From Bdellovibrionales bacterium (lineage in GTDB: Bacteria; Bdellovibrionota; Bdellovibrionia; Bdellovibrionales; UBA1609), in contig CBDCMT010000001.1 of the NCBI GenBank assembly GCA_965219095.1, forward strand, positions 1,984,001 through 2,048,000: a stretch of 64,000 nt of DNA, given 5' to 3'. Every line of letters starts with the position of its first letter. Within the stretch, counting starts at the first letter, position 1. The translations under genes and the position numbers were made by a program. The notes beneath the pieces are model-generated. The model worked only from the letters and a program-made list of their open reading frames with translations. It did not search any database and was not told where the DNA came from. Shown in pieces: positions 20,417 to 31,645 of the stretch.

Positions 20417-21948
20417 GTAACTGCTCACCTACATTGTTCAGTTATCCCTAACTTTAGACCTGTTTTAAGATAAAAGTCTTGTTCTTACAGATTTTCTTTT
20501 AAATACTTTTTTCAAATGACAATAAATAAGACCTCCATCAGAAATGAGATTGAAAATATAAGAAGTGACTTTGATAAGTTTGCAAAGAAAGGTTCTATGC
20601 CTACTGAGATTTCTGTGATTGTTGAATCTCTCTTTAAGGTTGTGAACATTCTGATTGTTGTGCTTTTAGAAAAACAGGTTCGAAAAAATTCCAGCAACAG
20701 CGGTCTTCCTCCTTCGCAAGATTTTAGTCGTCAAGGGAATCGTAATAAGAAAGCTAGTGGGAGTCAGAAAAAGGGTTCTAGACTTGATAACAGTAAAGAT
20801 ACAAACAGTGAGGAGACTGTCTCTCCCTCAGAGTGTTCTCAGTGTGGGATGTGTTTAAAGACAGCAGAGGTAAAAAGCCTTGAGAAGCGTAAAAAGATTG
20901 ATATTTTTTATGAAATTCAGACCCATACTGTAACTTCTGAGGTTAAGGATTGTCCCTCATGTGGAGCTAGAAATAAAGGTCAATTCCCTAAAGGTATGAG
21001 TGGTCCTCTTCAGTATGGTGTAGGCATTAGAGCTTCCATCATCAATTTCATTATAGTTCAGATGCTGTCTTTTCAACGTGTTGGGGAACATTACATGGGG
21101 CTTATAGGTCGAATGATTTCTCCTGCAGTTATGTTGAGATACATTGCTGAATTAGGAGAGTTTCTTAAAAGTTGGGAAGAGCAGATGAAAGAAAAGATAC
21201 TTGAATCAGAGGTCATTCATGTTGATGAGACCTCTATGAGGGTTAAGGGTAAAAACTACTGGATTCATACTTATAGTTCAGGAGAATTAGTCTTGCAGTT
21301 TCTCCACCTTTCACGTGGAAGGGAAGCCATAAAAGATATTGGTCTCTTGGATAGATATGCAGGAGTGCTTGTGCATGATTGTTGGAGTCCTTACTTTTGT
21401 TATGATAAGATAACTCATGCTTTGTGTGTGGCTCACCTTTTGAGAGAGCTTAAATTTATAGAAGAAAGCAATGGATTCAAATGGGCTACAAATCTCAAAA
21501 AACTTCTTAAAGAGACTGTGGAGTTAGTTCATAAAAAAGAGTCAAGAGTTCTGACTCAAAAAGAGTACGAAACTCTTCAGAGAAGGTATAGGAGTATTCT
21601 TACAAAAGGCTTAAAAGAGCTTCCAGAATTTCCTAAGAAAAATGGCAAGAAAGGACGAATAAAGCATACACAAGCTCAAAACCTTTGGCTGCGATTTAAA
21701 AAGTATGAAGCAGAAATACTGTGTTTTGCTAAAAGAAAGAACGTAGATCCTACTAATAACAGAGCTGAAAGAGATCTAAGAATGACTAAAGTGAAAAAGA
21801 AAGTGTCAGGGTGTTTCAGAACAGAAGAAATGGCGAAATATTTTTGTCGTATTACCAGCTATGTTAAAACAATGAGAAATAGAGGGTATTCTTCTTTAGA
21901 AGCCATCTCTATGGCTTTAAATAAAAACTTACGAGAGTGAGCAGTTAC
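20417..21948 (+). mobile_element. Single-ORF IS66-family element (ISBst12-like), copy 1
   Basis: IRs gtaactgctcac at both ends; no 8-bp TSD; near-identical to 41878-44695. Confidence 0.93.
20516..21940 (+). CDS. IS66-family transposase
   Basis: NSSNSGLPPSQD, CxxC pairs, IHVDETS, LVHDCW, HALCVAHLLREL, TNNRAERDLRM.KVK.KVSGCFR. Confidence 0.95.
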   Translation: MTINKTSIRNEIENIRSDFDKFAKKGSMPTEISVIVESLFKVVNILIVVLLEKQVRKNSSNSGLPPSQDFSRQGNRNKKASGSQKKGSRLDNSKDTNSEETVSPSECSQCGMCLKTAEVKSLEKRKKIDIFYEIQTHTVTSEVKDCPSCGARNKGQFPKGMSGPLQYGVGIRASIINFIIVQMLSFQRVGEHYMGLIGRMISPAVMLRYIAELGEFLKSWEEQMKEKILESEVIHVDETSMRVKGKNYWIHTYSSGELVLQFLHLSRGREAIKDIGLLDRYAGVLVHDCWSPYFCYDKITHALCVAHLLRELKFIEESNGFKWATNLKKLLKETVELVHKKESRVLTQKEYETLQRRYRSILTKGLKELPEFPKKNGKKGRIKHTQAQNLWLRFKKYEAEILCFAKRKNVDPTNNRAERDLRMTKVKKKVSGCFRTEEMAKYFCRITSYVKTMRNRGYSSLEAISMALNKNLRE

Positions 21949-23838
21949 CTTTTAAGAACGAAGTTCTCTTGTATACTCAAGAGGCGTTTTAACAGGTATT
22001 TTATCGAGGGAGTTTTCCACAGTCATTAAAATACCCAAATTCCACGCTAAAAATGATCACTACTGGTTTTCATTTCTCTGAGAAGTTTTTTGTCAATAGC
22101 CTTTATGATATTTTCTTGAATTTTGCTTAGAGCAACTGTTCGAGACATTTGAATTTTTTTCTTTTTATCAGAAAAATAAACTTTGTACAGGTTCTCTAGC
22201 TCTTTTAATGCTTGAATTGGCGAAATATCCAAATTGTAGAGATGTAACTTTAATACGGAAAGCAGAAGATAAGATAAATAACAAATAAAAACATGAGCCA
22301 CTACTCTGTTGCAAAGCCAGTGTCGCACAGGATTTAAATTTGTAACTCCTTTTAAAATTCTGAAAGCTCTTTCTACGACATCTTTATCAAAATAAAATTT
22401 GACCATATCTTTACCAGAAATATTCTTTGTAGAAAATATACAGGAGTACCCATCAAATTCTTCTGCTTTTTTCAGCTCCCGATCCTTGATCTTTCCTGTG
22501 GGAGTTAGATATTTTTTCAGCCCCTCCTTAATGGACTTGTTTTGAGATAGACAGTTTTGAGCAGCAACTATCTCATCATATCTCGCCTCTCGAATTGCAT
22601 CCTTTCTTTTATGGTTGTAGCAGATTGCCAGTTTTCCTTTAACTTGGCCAAATGTATAATTCATGCTTTTAACGTAAAAAGTATTCTTGTTCAAAATTAC
22701 CCTATTTGAAACGTTTACTATAGAACCGGACTTTAAAAAATTTCGTACTGTCTTCTTCTCAACCTCTCTCATAGGAATTCCGCACAATGTATTCCAACCC
22801 AATTCCCCTGTAAGAAAGGTTTTTAGACGATGCTATACCTCGATCATACACCAATAGGCCAGAACGAAGATTGTATTCTGAAAAACTATTAACAAGTGCC
22901 GTCAATGTCCTGCTATCGTGAATGTTACCCTTAAAGGTCTTGTGAAAAACAGGAATCCCTTCTTCTTGAGTTACAGCAAGACCTATCTGAATCAGAGGAC
23001 TCTTCCTTTTCCCATCTTTGCTGTACCCTGGGTTACCTAGTTGACATTTACTTCCATAAAAATAAGTGTTAGTAACATCAGACAATTTTATTAGATGATA
23101 ACTTGTATTCTTTTTTAACATTTTCAAAAATACGTTTCTGCAAAGATGGAGCCTTGGATTCGTTAAGCTGATCGAGAGCTGAAAAAAGCCTTCTTTCAGT
23201 CAGCCCATCTAAGTTTAAAATGCTGTTTAAATCTGTTCGTTCATACCATGATGGCATATTATTGACGCTTCTGTAATCCAAGCAATGAGCATAGACCATA
23301 CTTAGTATTTCATCTGAATAATTGCCAAGAACTTCGGGAAGACCAACTTTTTTTGCAAGGGCATGAAGAACAATCAAGGGACCACTGATCTTAACTTTAT
23401 CGAATTGAATGTTCTCGGAAGATATAGAGATAACACGCTTATGATTCACTTCCTTTCCAAGATATCTCAAGTACTTCTGTACGACCTTGCCCTTGACCCG
23501 GACATTTTTCACCTCTGCTAAATAAGTGCTGCCTCCTCTTTTAATCTTCTTTATAAAACTCATAGTAGTTACCATTATGGTAACTACTTAAAAATAGAAT
23601 GGCAAGAGCTTTTCACAGAAAAAAAAGGCAATAACTCCATTTTTACTGGAAAATTTCTGTCTTATGGAATTTATCTTATGTTAGAGCAATGTAGTGATCA
23701 TTTTTAGCGTGGAATTTGGGTAAAATATAGTCCTTAGGATCCAATTCCACTTTCTTACAACTTTCCACAATAGTGTAAAGCATTGCTACTGTTTCAGATC
23801 CTCTCTGAGTCCTTGACTCAATGAAAGTTCTTTCTTCC
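21949..23838 (-). pseudogene. IS66 tnpC 3' remnant (21949-22033 and 23721-23838), split by an IS1634
   Basis: Matches 53155-53268 and 56469-56552 (..ESCKKVELDPKDYIL..). Confidence 0.75.
22034..23720 (-). mobile_element. IS1634-family element, transposase frameshifted into three pieces
   Basis: IR cccaaattccacgctaaaa at both ends; 7-bp TSD taaaata; DVTNTYFYG, GYSKDGK, YDRGI, VERAFR..LNPVRHW. Confidence 0.92.
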
Positions 23839-24040
23839 GTAAGTCGGTTATCTGACCGCCCTATCTGACTTAAATTTCTCTTATAAGTTTTTCTTAGAAG
23901 GAGGATTTTATGGAAGAAGGAATTAATTTAAAAGAGAAGATACAGCTTTGTCGAGAGGAGAGTTCCAATAAAAAGCTTATCCGCTACTTAAAAGCTTTTA
24001 AAAGAGAGATTCTAGGAAAACTACAAAGTCATAAGTGTAG
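23839..24040 (+). mobile_element. IS66 left end with tnpA remnant
   Basis: gtaagtcggttatctgaccgccc tip, then AAGGAGG and MEEGINLKEKIQ... short ORF. Confidence 0.6.
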
Positions 24041-24287
24041 ACTTGACACAGTTAGTTAATAAAACATTAGGATTCTAGTTGATCTTGACAACAAGAAAAT
24101 CAAAGTCTACAGGTTTGAGTAGGAGTTAAGGTAAAGGTAGGGCGTGTTAAGTTAAGCTAGCTTTTTTGTTGATTTTTTCTTTTTTTTCTTCTTGATTTTA
24201 ATTTTAAAAGTGAATAAAATCAGTAGATTAGTGTTGTTTTATCTAGCCTTCCATAAAGTTAAGAAGCAAGGAATAGAGAATAGACTT

Positions 24288-24680
24288 TTGAAAAAAATAG
24301 AATCAAAAAACGCTAGAATGATCACCTTAAGCTTTGTCTTCTTTGGTGTAACGGCTTTTCTTATTGTACGTGTTATTTTTGAAAGTATGGCAGCAAGTTT
24401 TGGTTTTATAGGCAGGTATTGGGATCAAGCTCTTTTCCAGCATGGGATTCCTGTAGGAGCAGGACTTGTAACTTTTTTTATTCTTCATTTTACACCTAAG
24501 TACGTTAACTGGTGTGATGAGGTGTTATTTGAATTGTTCAAAGTGGTGTTTCCTTCTCGTAAAGATACTATAGCAATGTCCATTGTGTGTTCTATTTTGA
24601 TTTTACTTGCGGGTGTGATGTTAGGACTTTTTGATTTTTTAGCCACTCAGATTCTCACTATGCTTATTAATACAGGGTAA
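24288..24680 (+). CDS. secE: Preprotein translocase SecE (3-TM type); start uncertain (TTG 24288)
   Basis: EVLFELFKVVFPSRKDT motif; immediately upstream of nusG. Confidence 0.9.
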   Translation: MKKIESKNARMITLSFVFFGVTAFLIVRVIFESMAASFGFIGRYWDQALFQHGIPVGAGLVTFFILHFTPKYVNWCDEVLFELFKVVFPSRKDTIAMSIVCSILILLAGVMLGLFDFLATQILTMLINTG

Positions 24681-24686
24681 AGGTAA

Positions 24687-25223
24687 ATGGAAGAGAAGAA
24701 ATGGTATATTATCAACATTCAAGTAGGCTGTGAGGCGATTGCTAAATCAGCTATTGAGGACAAATTGAAAAGCAAAGGGATGGAAGATTCTTTTGGAGAT
24801 ATCGTTATACCTTCTGAGCCTTCTGTTCAAGTGGTCAAAGGTCAGAAGACCAAACGTTCAAAAAAATTCTTTCCTGGGTATATTTTTATTGAAATGGTGA
24901 TGAATGATGTGACATGGCATATGGTGAAGTCTTGCTCCAAAGTATCAGGGTTTGTCAGCTCTGATAGGACCAAACCTACACCCGTTCCTAAAGATCAAGT
25001 TCAGAAAGTTATGGAACAAATGGAGCAAGGTGTTCATTTAGAAAAGGGGCAGGTTGAATTTAGCCTTGGAGAGGAGGTTACTGTCATTGATGGGCCTTTT
25101 AGTAGCTTTAATGGCACTGTGGAAGAGGTGAACGAAGAAAAGCAAAAGGTCAAGGTGCTTGTGAGTATTTTTGGAAGACCCACTCCTGTAGAATTAGATT
25201 TTATACAGGTTGAAAAGAATTGA
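24687..25223 (+). CDS. nusG: Transcription factor NusG
   Basis: [41 protein letters not shown]. Confidence 0.98.
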   Translation: MEEKKWYIINIQVGCEAIAKSAIEDKLKSKGMEDSFGDIVIPSEPSVQVVKGQKTKRSKKFFPGYIFIEMVMNDVTWHMVKSCSKVSGFVSSDRTKPTPVPKDQVQKVMEQMEQGVHLEKGQVEFSLGEEVTVIDGPFSSFNGTVEEVNEEKQKVKVLVSIFGRPTPVELDFIQVEKN

Positions 25224-25292
25224 TAAGTGTTGTAAAACCTTGTAAGTTGGGTCTTTAGTATTAAAAGTAAGGAGAAATGAAGGGAGAAAAGT

Positions 25293-25718
25293 GTGCAGAA
25301 AAAAATAACAGGACAAATTAAACTTCAAATTCCTGCAGGAAAAGCTAGCCCTGTGCCTCCTGTAGGGCCTGCTTTAGGGCAACATGGTGTGAATATTATG
25401 GAGTTTTGTAAGCAATTTAATGCGAAAACAAAAGGACAAGGAGATATATTAACTCCTGTTGTCATTACTGTATTTCAAGATCGTTCTTTTATTTTTGTGA
25501 TCAAAACACCTCCTACGTCTGTTTTAATAAAAAGTGCTTTGAAATTAAAAAACGGTTCTAAAATGCCACAAAAAGATAAAGTGGGGAAAATTACAAAGGA
25601 TCAAATAAAAAAAATTGCAGAAACGAAAATGCCTGATTTAAATTGCCTTTCTTTAGAAAGTGCTATGAAGCAAGTTGAGGGGACAGCAAAAAGTATGGGT
25701 TTAGAGGTATTTTTGTGA
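25293..25718 (+). CDS. rplK: 50S ribosomal protein L11
   Basis: [29 protein letters not shown]. Confidence 0.98.
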   Translation: MQKKITGQIKLQIPAGKASPVPPVGPALGQHGVNIMEFCKQFNAKTKGQGDILTPVVITVFQDRSFIFVIKTPPTSVLIKSALKLKNGSKMPQKDKVGKITKDQIKKIAETKMPDLNCLSLESAMKQVEGTAKSMGLEVFL

Positions 25719-26401
25719 TAAAAAGCGTAAAAAAAATAAAAAGACAAAAAACTTTTTTAGAGATTGATGAAACAAAAAAACATTCTCTTACGGAAGCTTT
25801 AGAACTTTTGATGAAAAACTCTACAGCAAAGTTTGATGAAAGTATTGATATAGCTGTGAAGTTAGGGGTTAATCCCAAGCAATCTGATCAACAAGTAAGA
25901 GGGGCTTTAGATTTACCTCATGGACTGGGCAAGAAGGTGAGTGTCTTGGTTTTTGCTAAAGGGCAGAAAGAACAAGAGGCTGAAGAAGCAGGAGCTGATT
26001 TTGTGGGATCCGATGATTTGATTGAAAAGATTCAAAAGGGCTGGCTTGATTTTGATAAAGTCGTTGCGACTCCTGATATGATGGCCTCTGTGGCGAAAGT
26101 GGCAAAAATTTTAGGACCTAGAGGTTTAATGCCTAACCCTAAAGTGGGAACTGTTACTATGGATGTTAAAAGAGCTGTAAAAGCTGAAAAGAAAGGAAGG
26201 CTTTCTTTTCGTATTGATAAGGAAGGAATTGTTCATGCTTCATTGGGAAGAAAGTCTATGGGAGTGGAAAAATTAAAAGATAATTATTTATCTTTTTTAT
26301 CAGTTTTGAAAAAAACAAAACCCAGTTCCTCAAAGGGAGTTTATCTTAGAAAAATCTCTCTATCTCCTACGATGGGTCCTAGTATTATGGTTGAAGAGTA
26401 A
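25715..26401 (+). CDS. rplA: 50S ribosomal protein L1
   Basis: [40 protein letters not shown]. Confidence 0.98.
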   Translation: MIKSVKKIKRQKTFLEIDETKKHSLTEALELLMKNSTAKFDESIDIAVKLGVNPKQSDQQVRGALDLPHGLGKKVSVLVFAKGQKEQEAEEAGADFVGSDDLIEKIQKGWLDFDKVVATPDMMASVAKVAKILGPRGLMPNPKVGTVTMDVKRAVKAEKKGRLSFRIDKEGIVHASLGRKSMGVEKLKDNYLSFLSVLKKTKPSSSKGVYLRKISLSPTMGPSIMVEE

Positions 26402-26416
26402 AAAAAGGAAAAAGAA

Positions 26417-26941
26417 ATGGCTTTGTTAAAAGAACAAAAAAAACAATTGATTAAAGATTTGTCTGAAAAAATGTCAAAAAGCCATGCTATGTTTGTTGTG
26501 GACTTTAAAGGTATGTCTGTGGAAGAAATGACTGGTTTAAGAAAAAAACTTCATCCTCACTCTGAGATCAAAGTGGTCAAGAACAATCTTGCTAAAAGAG
26601 CTCTTTTAGAACACAAGGACATCAATGATATTTTAGGAGATGAAATCAAAGATACTAACGCTTTTGTGTTTTCTTATGGAGAGCATAATGAAACAGCAAA
26701 AAACCTGGTTGATTACAGTAAAGATATAGAAGTTTTAGAACTTAAATATGGGTTTTTTGATAACCAAAAATTAGATAAGAAAAAAATTAAATATTTAGCT
26801 AAGATTCCATCTAAAGATGAACTAAGAGTTCAATTGTTAGGAGTGTTCCAAGCTCCTATGAGAAAATTTTTAGGAACTCTTAAAGAAATCCCTTCATCTT
26901 TTGTTAGAGTTTTAGATCAATATAGGGATAAACAAAAATGA
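26417..26941 (+). CDS. rplJ: 50S ribosomal protein L10
   Basis: VDFKGMSV, VVKNNLAKRA, LAKIPSKDEL; operon position. Confidence 0.95.
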   Translation: MALLKEQKKQLIKDLSEKMSKSHAMFVVDFKGMSVEEMTGLRKKLHPHSEIKVVKNNLAKRALLEHKDINDILGDEIKDTNAFVFSYGEHNETAKNLVDYSKDIEVLELKYGFFDNQKLDKKKIKYLAKIPSKDELRVQLLGVFQAPMRKFLGTLKEIPSSFVRVLDQYRDKQK

Positions 26942-26968
26942 ACAAAAAACAATTGGAGGAAAGATAAA

Positions 26969-27349
26969 ATGAATAAAGACGAACTTATTGAACATTTATC
27001 AAAAATGCCGGTAATGGAGCTTTCTGAACTCATTTCTTCTCTTGAAGAAAAATGGGGAGTAAGTGCTCAGGCTATGGCTATGGCTGTGGGTGTCCCTTCA
27101 GGAGCTCAAGTAGCAGGCGAGACTGGTGGAGAAGAGAAAACTGAGTTTGATGTGGTTTTAACTCAAGTAGGTTCTTCTAAAATCAATGTGATAAAAGAGG
27201 TACGTGCTATAACAGGCTTAGGCCTTAAGGAAGCTAAGGAGCTTGTGGAAGCAGCTCCAAAGCCGGTTAAGGAGGCTCTTTCTAAAGAAGAAGCTGAAAA
27301 AATTAAATCAGCTTTAGAGAAAGCGGGAGCTACAGTTGAAATTAAATGA
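26969..27349 (+). CDS. rplL: 50S ribosomal protein L7/L12
   Basis: [34 protein letters not shown]. Confidence 0.98.
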   Translation: MNKDELIEHLSKMPVMELSELISSLEEKWGVSAQAMAMAVGVPSGAQVAGETGGEEKTEFDVVLTQVGSSKINVIKEVRAITGLGLKEAKELVEAAPKPVKEALSKEEAEKIKSALEKAGATVEIK

Positions 27350-27400
27350 ATATTTTAACCCTTCTTTTTATGATAACTAAAGAGTTAAAAAGAGAGTGTT

Positions 27401-27435
27401 ATTTAGAAAGAGGTTTCTTTCTAAATGGTTTTTTT
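27401..27435 (+). terminator. Terminator/attenuator-like hairpin between rplL and rpoB
   Basis: atttagaaaga-ggtt-tctttctaaat (11-bp stem), then gg and T7. Confidence 0.55.
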
Positions 27436-27460
27436 ATTTCTAAACAGGGAGTAATTTCTT

Positions 27461-30400
27461 ATGAAACACACGTCATTTAACGGTGCAAACATTCGGTTAA
27501 GAAATCATTTTTCAAAACCTAAAAGGTTAATTGAAGTTCCGAATTTGATTCAACTTCAAAGAGAGTCTTATGAAAAGTTTTTGCAGAAAAATGTAGATTT
27601 TGACAAAAGATCTTTAGAAGGTTTAGAGGCTGTTTTTAGATCAGTTTTTCCTATTGAAGATTTTAACAAGACAGCAACTCTTGAGTTCATAAGCTATAAT
27701 TTAGAACTACCTAAATATGATGTAGAAGAATGTCGTCAAAGAGGTATGACCTATGCTTCTCCTCTCAAAATCACTTTACGTCTTGTGGTTTTTGATGTTG
27801 ATGAAGAAAATGAAACAAAAAATATAAGAGATGTGAGGGAACAAGAAGTATATTTTGGTGAGATTCCCTTGATGACAGATAATGGTTCTTTTGTGATTAA
27901 CGGAACGGAGAGAGTGGTTGTGAGTCAACTTCACAGATCTCCTGGTGTTTTCTTTGATCATGATAGTGGAAAAGGAAGTACGACCGGTAAAATCATTTAT
28001 TCTGCACGTTTAATCCCTTATAGAGGTTCATGGCTTGATTTTGAGTTTGATCAAAAGGATCTTCTTTATGCTCGCATTGATAGAAAAAGAAAGTTTCCCG
28101 TGACCATTCTTTTAAAGGCTATAGGTCTTTCTGTGGAAGATATTTTAGAGTATTTTTACCCTGTTGATCGTGTTTATAAGAAGAAAGGTGGTTTTTATCG
28201 CAGTCTTGATATTGAAAGAATTCAAGGTCAAAAAGCCCTTTCTGATATTGTTAACCCTAAAACAAAGGAAGTCTTAGTCAAATTAGGTCGTCGTATCACA
28301 AGAGCCACTGTTCGCAAGGTTCAAGAGGCTAAAATTAAAGAAATTCCTGTAACAAAATCTGATCTCATAGGCCGTATTGTTACAAAGCCTATTGTTAATT
28401 CTAAAACAGGAGAGGTGATTTTAGATACAAACGAAGAATTGACTCAAGTTCATATAGGAGCTATAGAAGCTTCAGGAATTAAAGAATTTCGTGTGATTTT
28501 TTTTGATGGGATTCTAGTGGGCCCTTTTTTAAGAAATACTCTTCTTATGGATAAGGTCAATTCTACAGAAGGAGCTAAACTAGAAATTTACAAAAGATTA
28601 AGACCAGGAGAACCACCCACAGAAGAGTCTGTTAATTACTTCTTTAACCAACTATTTTTTTCCCCCGCAACTTACGATTTAAGCGAGGTTGGTCGGTTAA
28701 AAATCAATCATGCTTTTGGTATTTCTTTTGAGACTTGTCCTGTTGATCACAGGGTCTTAACTTCTGAGGACATTAAACTTGTTGTGAAACGTTTGATTAA
28801 TTTGAAAAGCCAATCAGGGCCTAAGGATGACATTGATCATTTAGGAAATAGAAGAGTGCGTTCTGTAGGAGAGCTTGTGGAAAACCAGTACCGTATAGGT
28901 TTAGTCCGTATCGAAAGATCCATTCGTGAGAGAATGATGCTTCAAGATCTCGAGACTGCTATGCCTCATGATCTTATTAATGCAAAACCTGTTAACTCTG
29001 TCGTTAAAGAGTTTTTTAATTCATCGCAATTGTCTCAATTTATGGATCAGGTCAACCCTCTGGCGGAGATCACTCATAAAAGGAGACTTTCTGCTTTAGG
29101 ACCTGGAGGTTTAAGTCGCGAAAGAGCTGGTTTTGAAGTTAGAGACGTTCATCCCACTCACTATGGACGTATTTGTCCTATTGAAACACCTGAAGGGCCT
29201 AACATTGGTTTGATCTCCTCTCTTGCAACTTATGCAAGAATCAATCAATACGGGTTTATTGAAACACCTTACCGTAAAGTGAAGGATTGTAAAGTTGAAG
29301 ATGATTATGTTTATTTGTCAGCTTTAGAGGAGAAAGGTCATATCATTGCTCCTGCTGGAAGTGAAGAGCAGTTATCTGTGCAGAGTACTATCACTTGTCG
29401 TGGTGATGGGGAGTATATCACAGCCAACAAAGAGGCTGTTACTTTAATGGATGTTTCTCCCAGCCAACTAGTTTCTATTGCTACTTCGTTAATTCCTTTT
29501 CTAGAACACGATGATGCAAGCCGTGCTCTCATGGGTTCTAACATGCAGAAGCAGGCTGTGAGTCTTTTAAAGCCTGCAGCTCCTCTTATAGGAACAGGCG
29601 TAGAACAGTTAGTTGCCCGTGACTCGGGAACAAGTGTTGTTGCTCGTAATGATGGAGTTGTTCAATCAGTAGACGCCAGTCAAATTGTAGTTCGTCGTCA
29701 TGTACAAAAAGGAGCTTTAGGTGCGAATTTAGATATTTATCATTTGATGAAATACAAAAGAACAAATCAAAACACTTGTTTTAATCAAAAACCTATTGTG
29801 AAAAAGGGAGATAAGATCAAAAAAGGTGAGATCATTTCTGATGGTCCTTCTACAGAGTTAGGAGAGTTAGCTTTAGGTCAAAATGTCACTGTCGCTTTTA
29901 TGCCTTGGATGGGTTACAATTTTGAAGATTCTATTTTGCTTTCTGAAAGATTGATTAAGGATGATGTTTACACTTCCATTCATATTGAGGAGTTTGAATG
30001 TTTAGCTCGTGATACTAAGTTAGGAAAAGAAGAAATTACACGAGATATTGCTAATTTAGGAGAAGGAGCTCTTAGAAATTTGGACTCAAGCGGTATTATC
30101 ACTATAGGTTCAGATGTAGGTCATGGAGACATTCTTGTAGGCAAGGTCACTCCTAAAGGAGAAACTCAAGTGTCCCCAGAAGAAAAGTTGTTAAGAGCTA
30201 TTTTTGGTGAAAAAGCTGGAAACTTTAGAGATACATCTTTAAGAGTGCCTTCAAGTGTTAGAGGTACAGTAATTGGAGTAAATCTTTATAGCCGTGAAAT
30301 TGACAAAGATGATGAGAGGTTGCAAGAAGTTTTAAGAGAGAAGCTGGATAAAATTGAAAAAGATTACGAGATAGAGCAAAGGGTGATCAAAACTTTAGCA

Positions 30401-31624
30401 GTAGATCAAATTAAACAACTTTTAGTAGGTAAAAAAACAAAAGGGGTACTTCTTAGTGAAGACGGAGAGGAAAAACTTTTAGAAAAAGATCAAGTAATGA
30501 AAGAAGAGAATCTAGAGTCTATCCCCTTTGGCCTTATTGGTTATATCCCTTTAGAAGAAAGCCTTGAGACAAAAGTTCAAAAGATAGCAGAGGATGCTAA
30601 CAATAAATTAGAAGCTATTCGTCTTGTTTTTGAAGATAAGAAAAAGACTTTTGAGAAAGGGGATGAACTGCCTCCAGGAGTGATTAAAGTGGTCAAAGTG
30701 TATCTTGCTATTAAAAGAAAACTTCAAGTCGGAGATAAATTAGCAGGTCGTCACGGCAACAAAGGTGTTGTGAGCAGAGTGCTACCTGTTGAAGACATGC
30801 CTTATATGGAAAATGGAAAGCCTGTAGATATGGTTTTAAATCCTTTAGGAGTTCCTTCTCGTATGAACATTGGCCAAGTTTTAGAAATTCACTTAGGTTG
30901 GGCAGCCTATAATTTAGGAAAACAACTACAGAGTTTGTTAGATGATTTTAATAGAACTAAAACTGAAGAAGCTCTTTGGAGTTGTTTTACGGATGAAAAA
31001 ATGAAAGGTGTTATTAAAAATGCTAATGACGATTCTATAAAACGAATGATCAAACAAGCTTCATCGGGACTTCATATAGCTACTCCTGTTTTTGAAGGAG
31101 CTAGAGAAGAAGAAATTAAATCTTTTCTCAAAAAAGCAAATTTAAAAACAACAGGGCAGGCAAAACTTTATGATGGAAGAACGGGGGAAGTTTTTGATAA
31201 AGATGTAACAGTGGGAACTATGTATATTTTAAAACTTCATCACTTAGTAGAAGAAAAAATTCATGCTCGTTCTATAGGGCCTTATTCTTTAGTCTCTCAA
31301 CAACCTTTAGGAGGGAAAGCTCAGTTTGGAGGGCAAAGACTAGGGGAAATGGAAGTTTGGGCGATTGAAGCTTATGGTGCGGCTTATTCTTTACAAGAAC
31401 TTTTAACTGTAAAATCAGATGATGTTTCTGGAAGGACTCGTCTTTATGAAAGTATTGTAAAAGGAGAGCATATTTTAGAACCAGGCTTACCTGAGAGTTT
31501 TAATGTATTAATTAAAGAATTGCAAAGCTTAGCTATTGACATAGAGCTTGAACAGTCGGATGAATTTGATGACGAAGTAGAGACTGTTGGCTTAGATGGC
31601 GAAGTTGTTAAAGGCATACAATAA
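27461..31624 (+). CDS. rpoB: RNA polymerase beta subunit
   Basis: [50 protein letters not shown]. Confidence 0.99.
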   Translation: MKHTSFNGANIRLRNHFSKPKRLIEVPNLIQLQRESYEKFLQKNVDFDKRSLEGLEAVFRSVFPIEDFNKTATLEFISYNLELPKYDVEECRQRGMTYASPLKITLRLVVFDVDEENETKNIRDVREQEVYFGEIPLMTDNGSFVINGTERVVVSQLHRSPGVFFDHDSGKGSTTGKIIYSARLIPYRGSWLDFEFDQKDLLYARIDRKRKFPVTILLKAIGLSVEDILEYFYPVDRVYKKKGGFYRSLDIERIQGQKALSDIVNPKTKEVLVKLGRRITRATVRKVQEAKIKEIPVTKSDLIGRIVTKPIVNSKTGEVILDTNEELTQVHIGAIEASGIKEFRVIFFDGILVGPFLRNTLLMDKVNSTEGAKLEIYKRLRPGEPPTEESVNYFFNQLFFSPATYDLSEVGRLKINHAFGISFETCPVDHRVLTSEDIKLVVKRLINLKSQSGPKDDIDHLGNRRVRSVGELVENQYRIGLVRIERSIRERMMLQDLETAMPHDLINAKPVNSVVKEFFNSSQLSQFMDQVNPLAEITHKRRLSALGPGGLSRERAGFEVRDVHPTHYGRICPIETPEGPNIGLISSLATYARINQYGFIETPYRKVKDCKVEDDYVYLSALEEKGHIIAPAGSEEQLSVQSTITCRGDGEYITANKEAVTLMDVSPSQLVSIATSLIPFLEHDDASRALMGSNMQKQAVSLLKPAAPLIGTGVEQLVARDSGTSVVARNDGVVQSVDASQIVVRRHVQKGALGANLDIYHLMKYKRTNQNTCFNQKPIVKKGDKIKKGEIISDGPSTELGELALGQNVTVAFMPWMGYNFEDSILLSERLIKDDVYTSIHIEEFECLARDTKLGKEEITRDIANLGEGALRNLDSSGIITIGSDVGHGDILVGKVTPKGETQVSPEEKLLRAIFGEKAGNFRDTSLRVPSSVRGTVIGVNLYSREIDKDDERLQEVLREKLDKIEKDYEIEQRVIKTLAVDQIKQLLVGKKTKGVLLSEDGEEKLLEKDQVMKEENLESIPFGLIGYIPLEESLETKVQKIAEDANNKLEAIRLVFEDKKKTFEKGDELPPGVIKVVKVYLAIKRKLQVGDKLAGRHGNKGVVSRVLPVEDMPYMENGKPVDMVLNPLGVPSRMNIGQVLEIHLGWAAYNLGKQLQSLLDDFNRTKTEEALWSCFTDEKMKGVIKNANDDSIKRMIKQASSGLHIATPVFEGAREEEIKSFLKKANLKTTGQAKLYDGRTGEVFDKDVTVGTMYILKLHHLVEEKIHARSIGPYSLVSQQPLGGKAQFGGQRLGEMEVWAIEAYGAAYSLQELLTVKSDDVSGRTRLYESIVKGEHILEPGLPESFNVLIKELQSLAIDIELEQSDEFDDEVETVGLDGEVVKGIQ

Positions 31625-31645
31625 AGTAAAGAAGGAGGACTTAAA

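Noticed and set aside
24192..24287. N-terminal extension of SecE
   Set aside because: No SD, low-complexity sequence, and longer than expected for SecE
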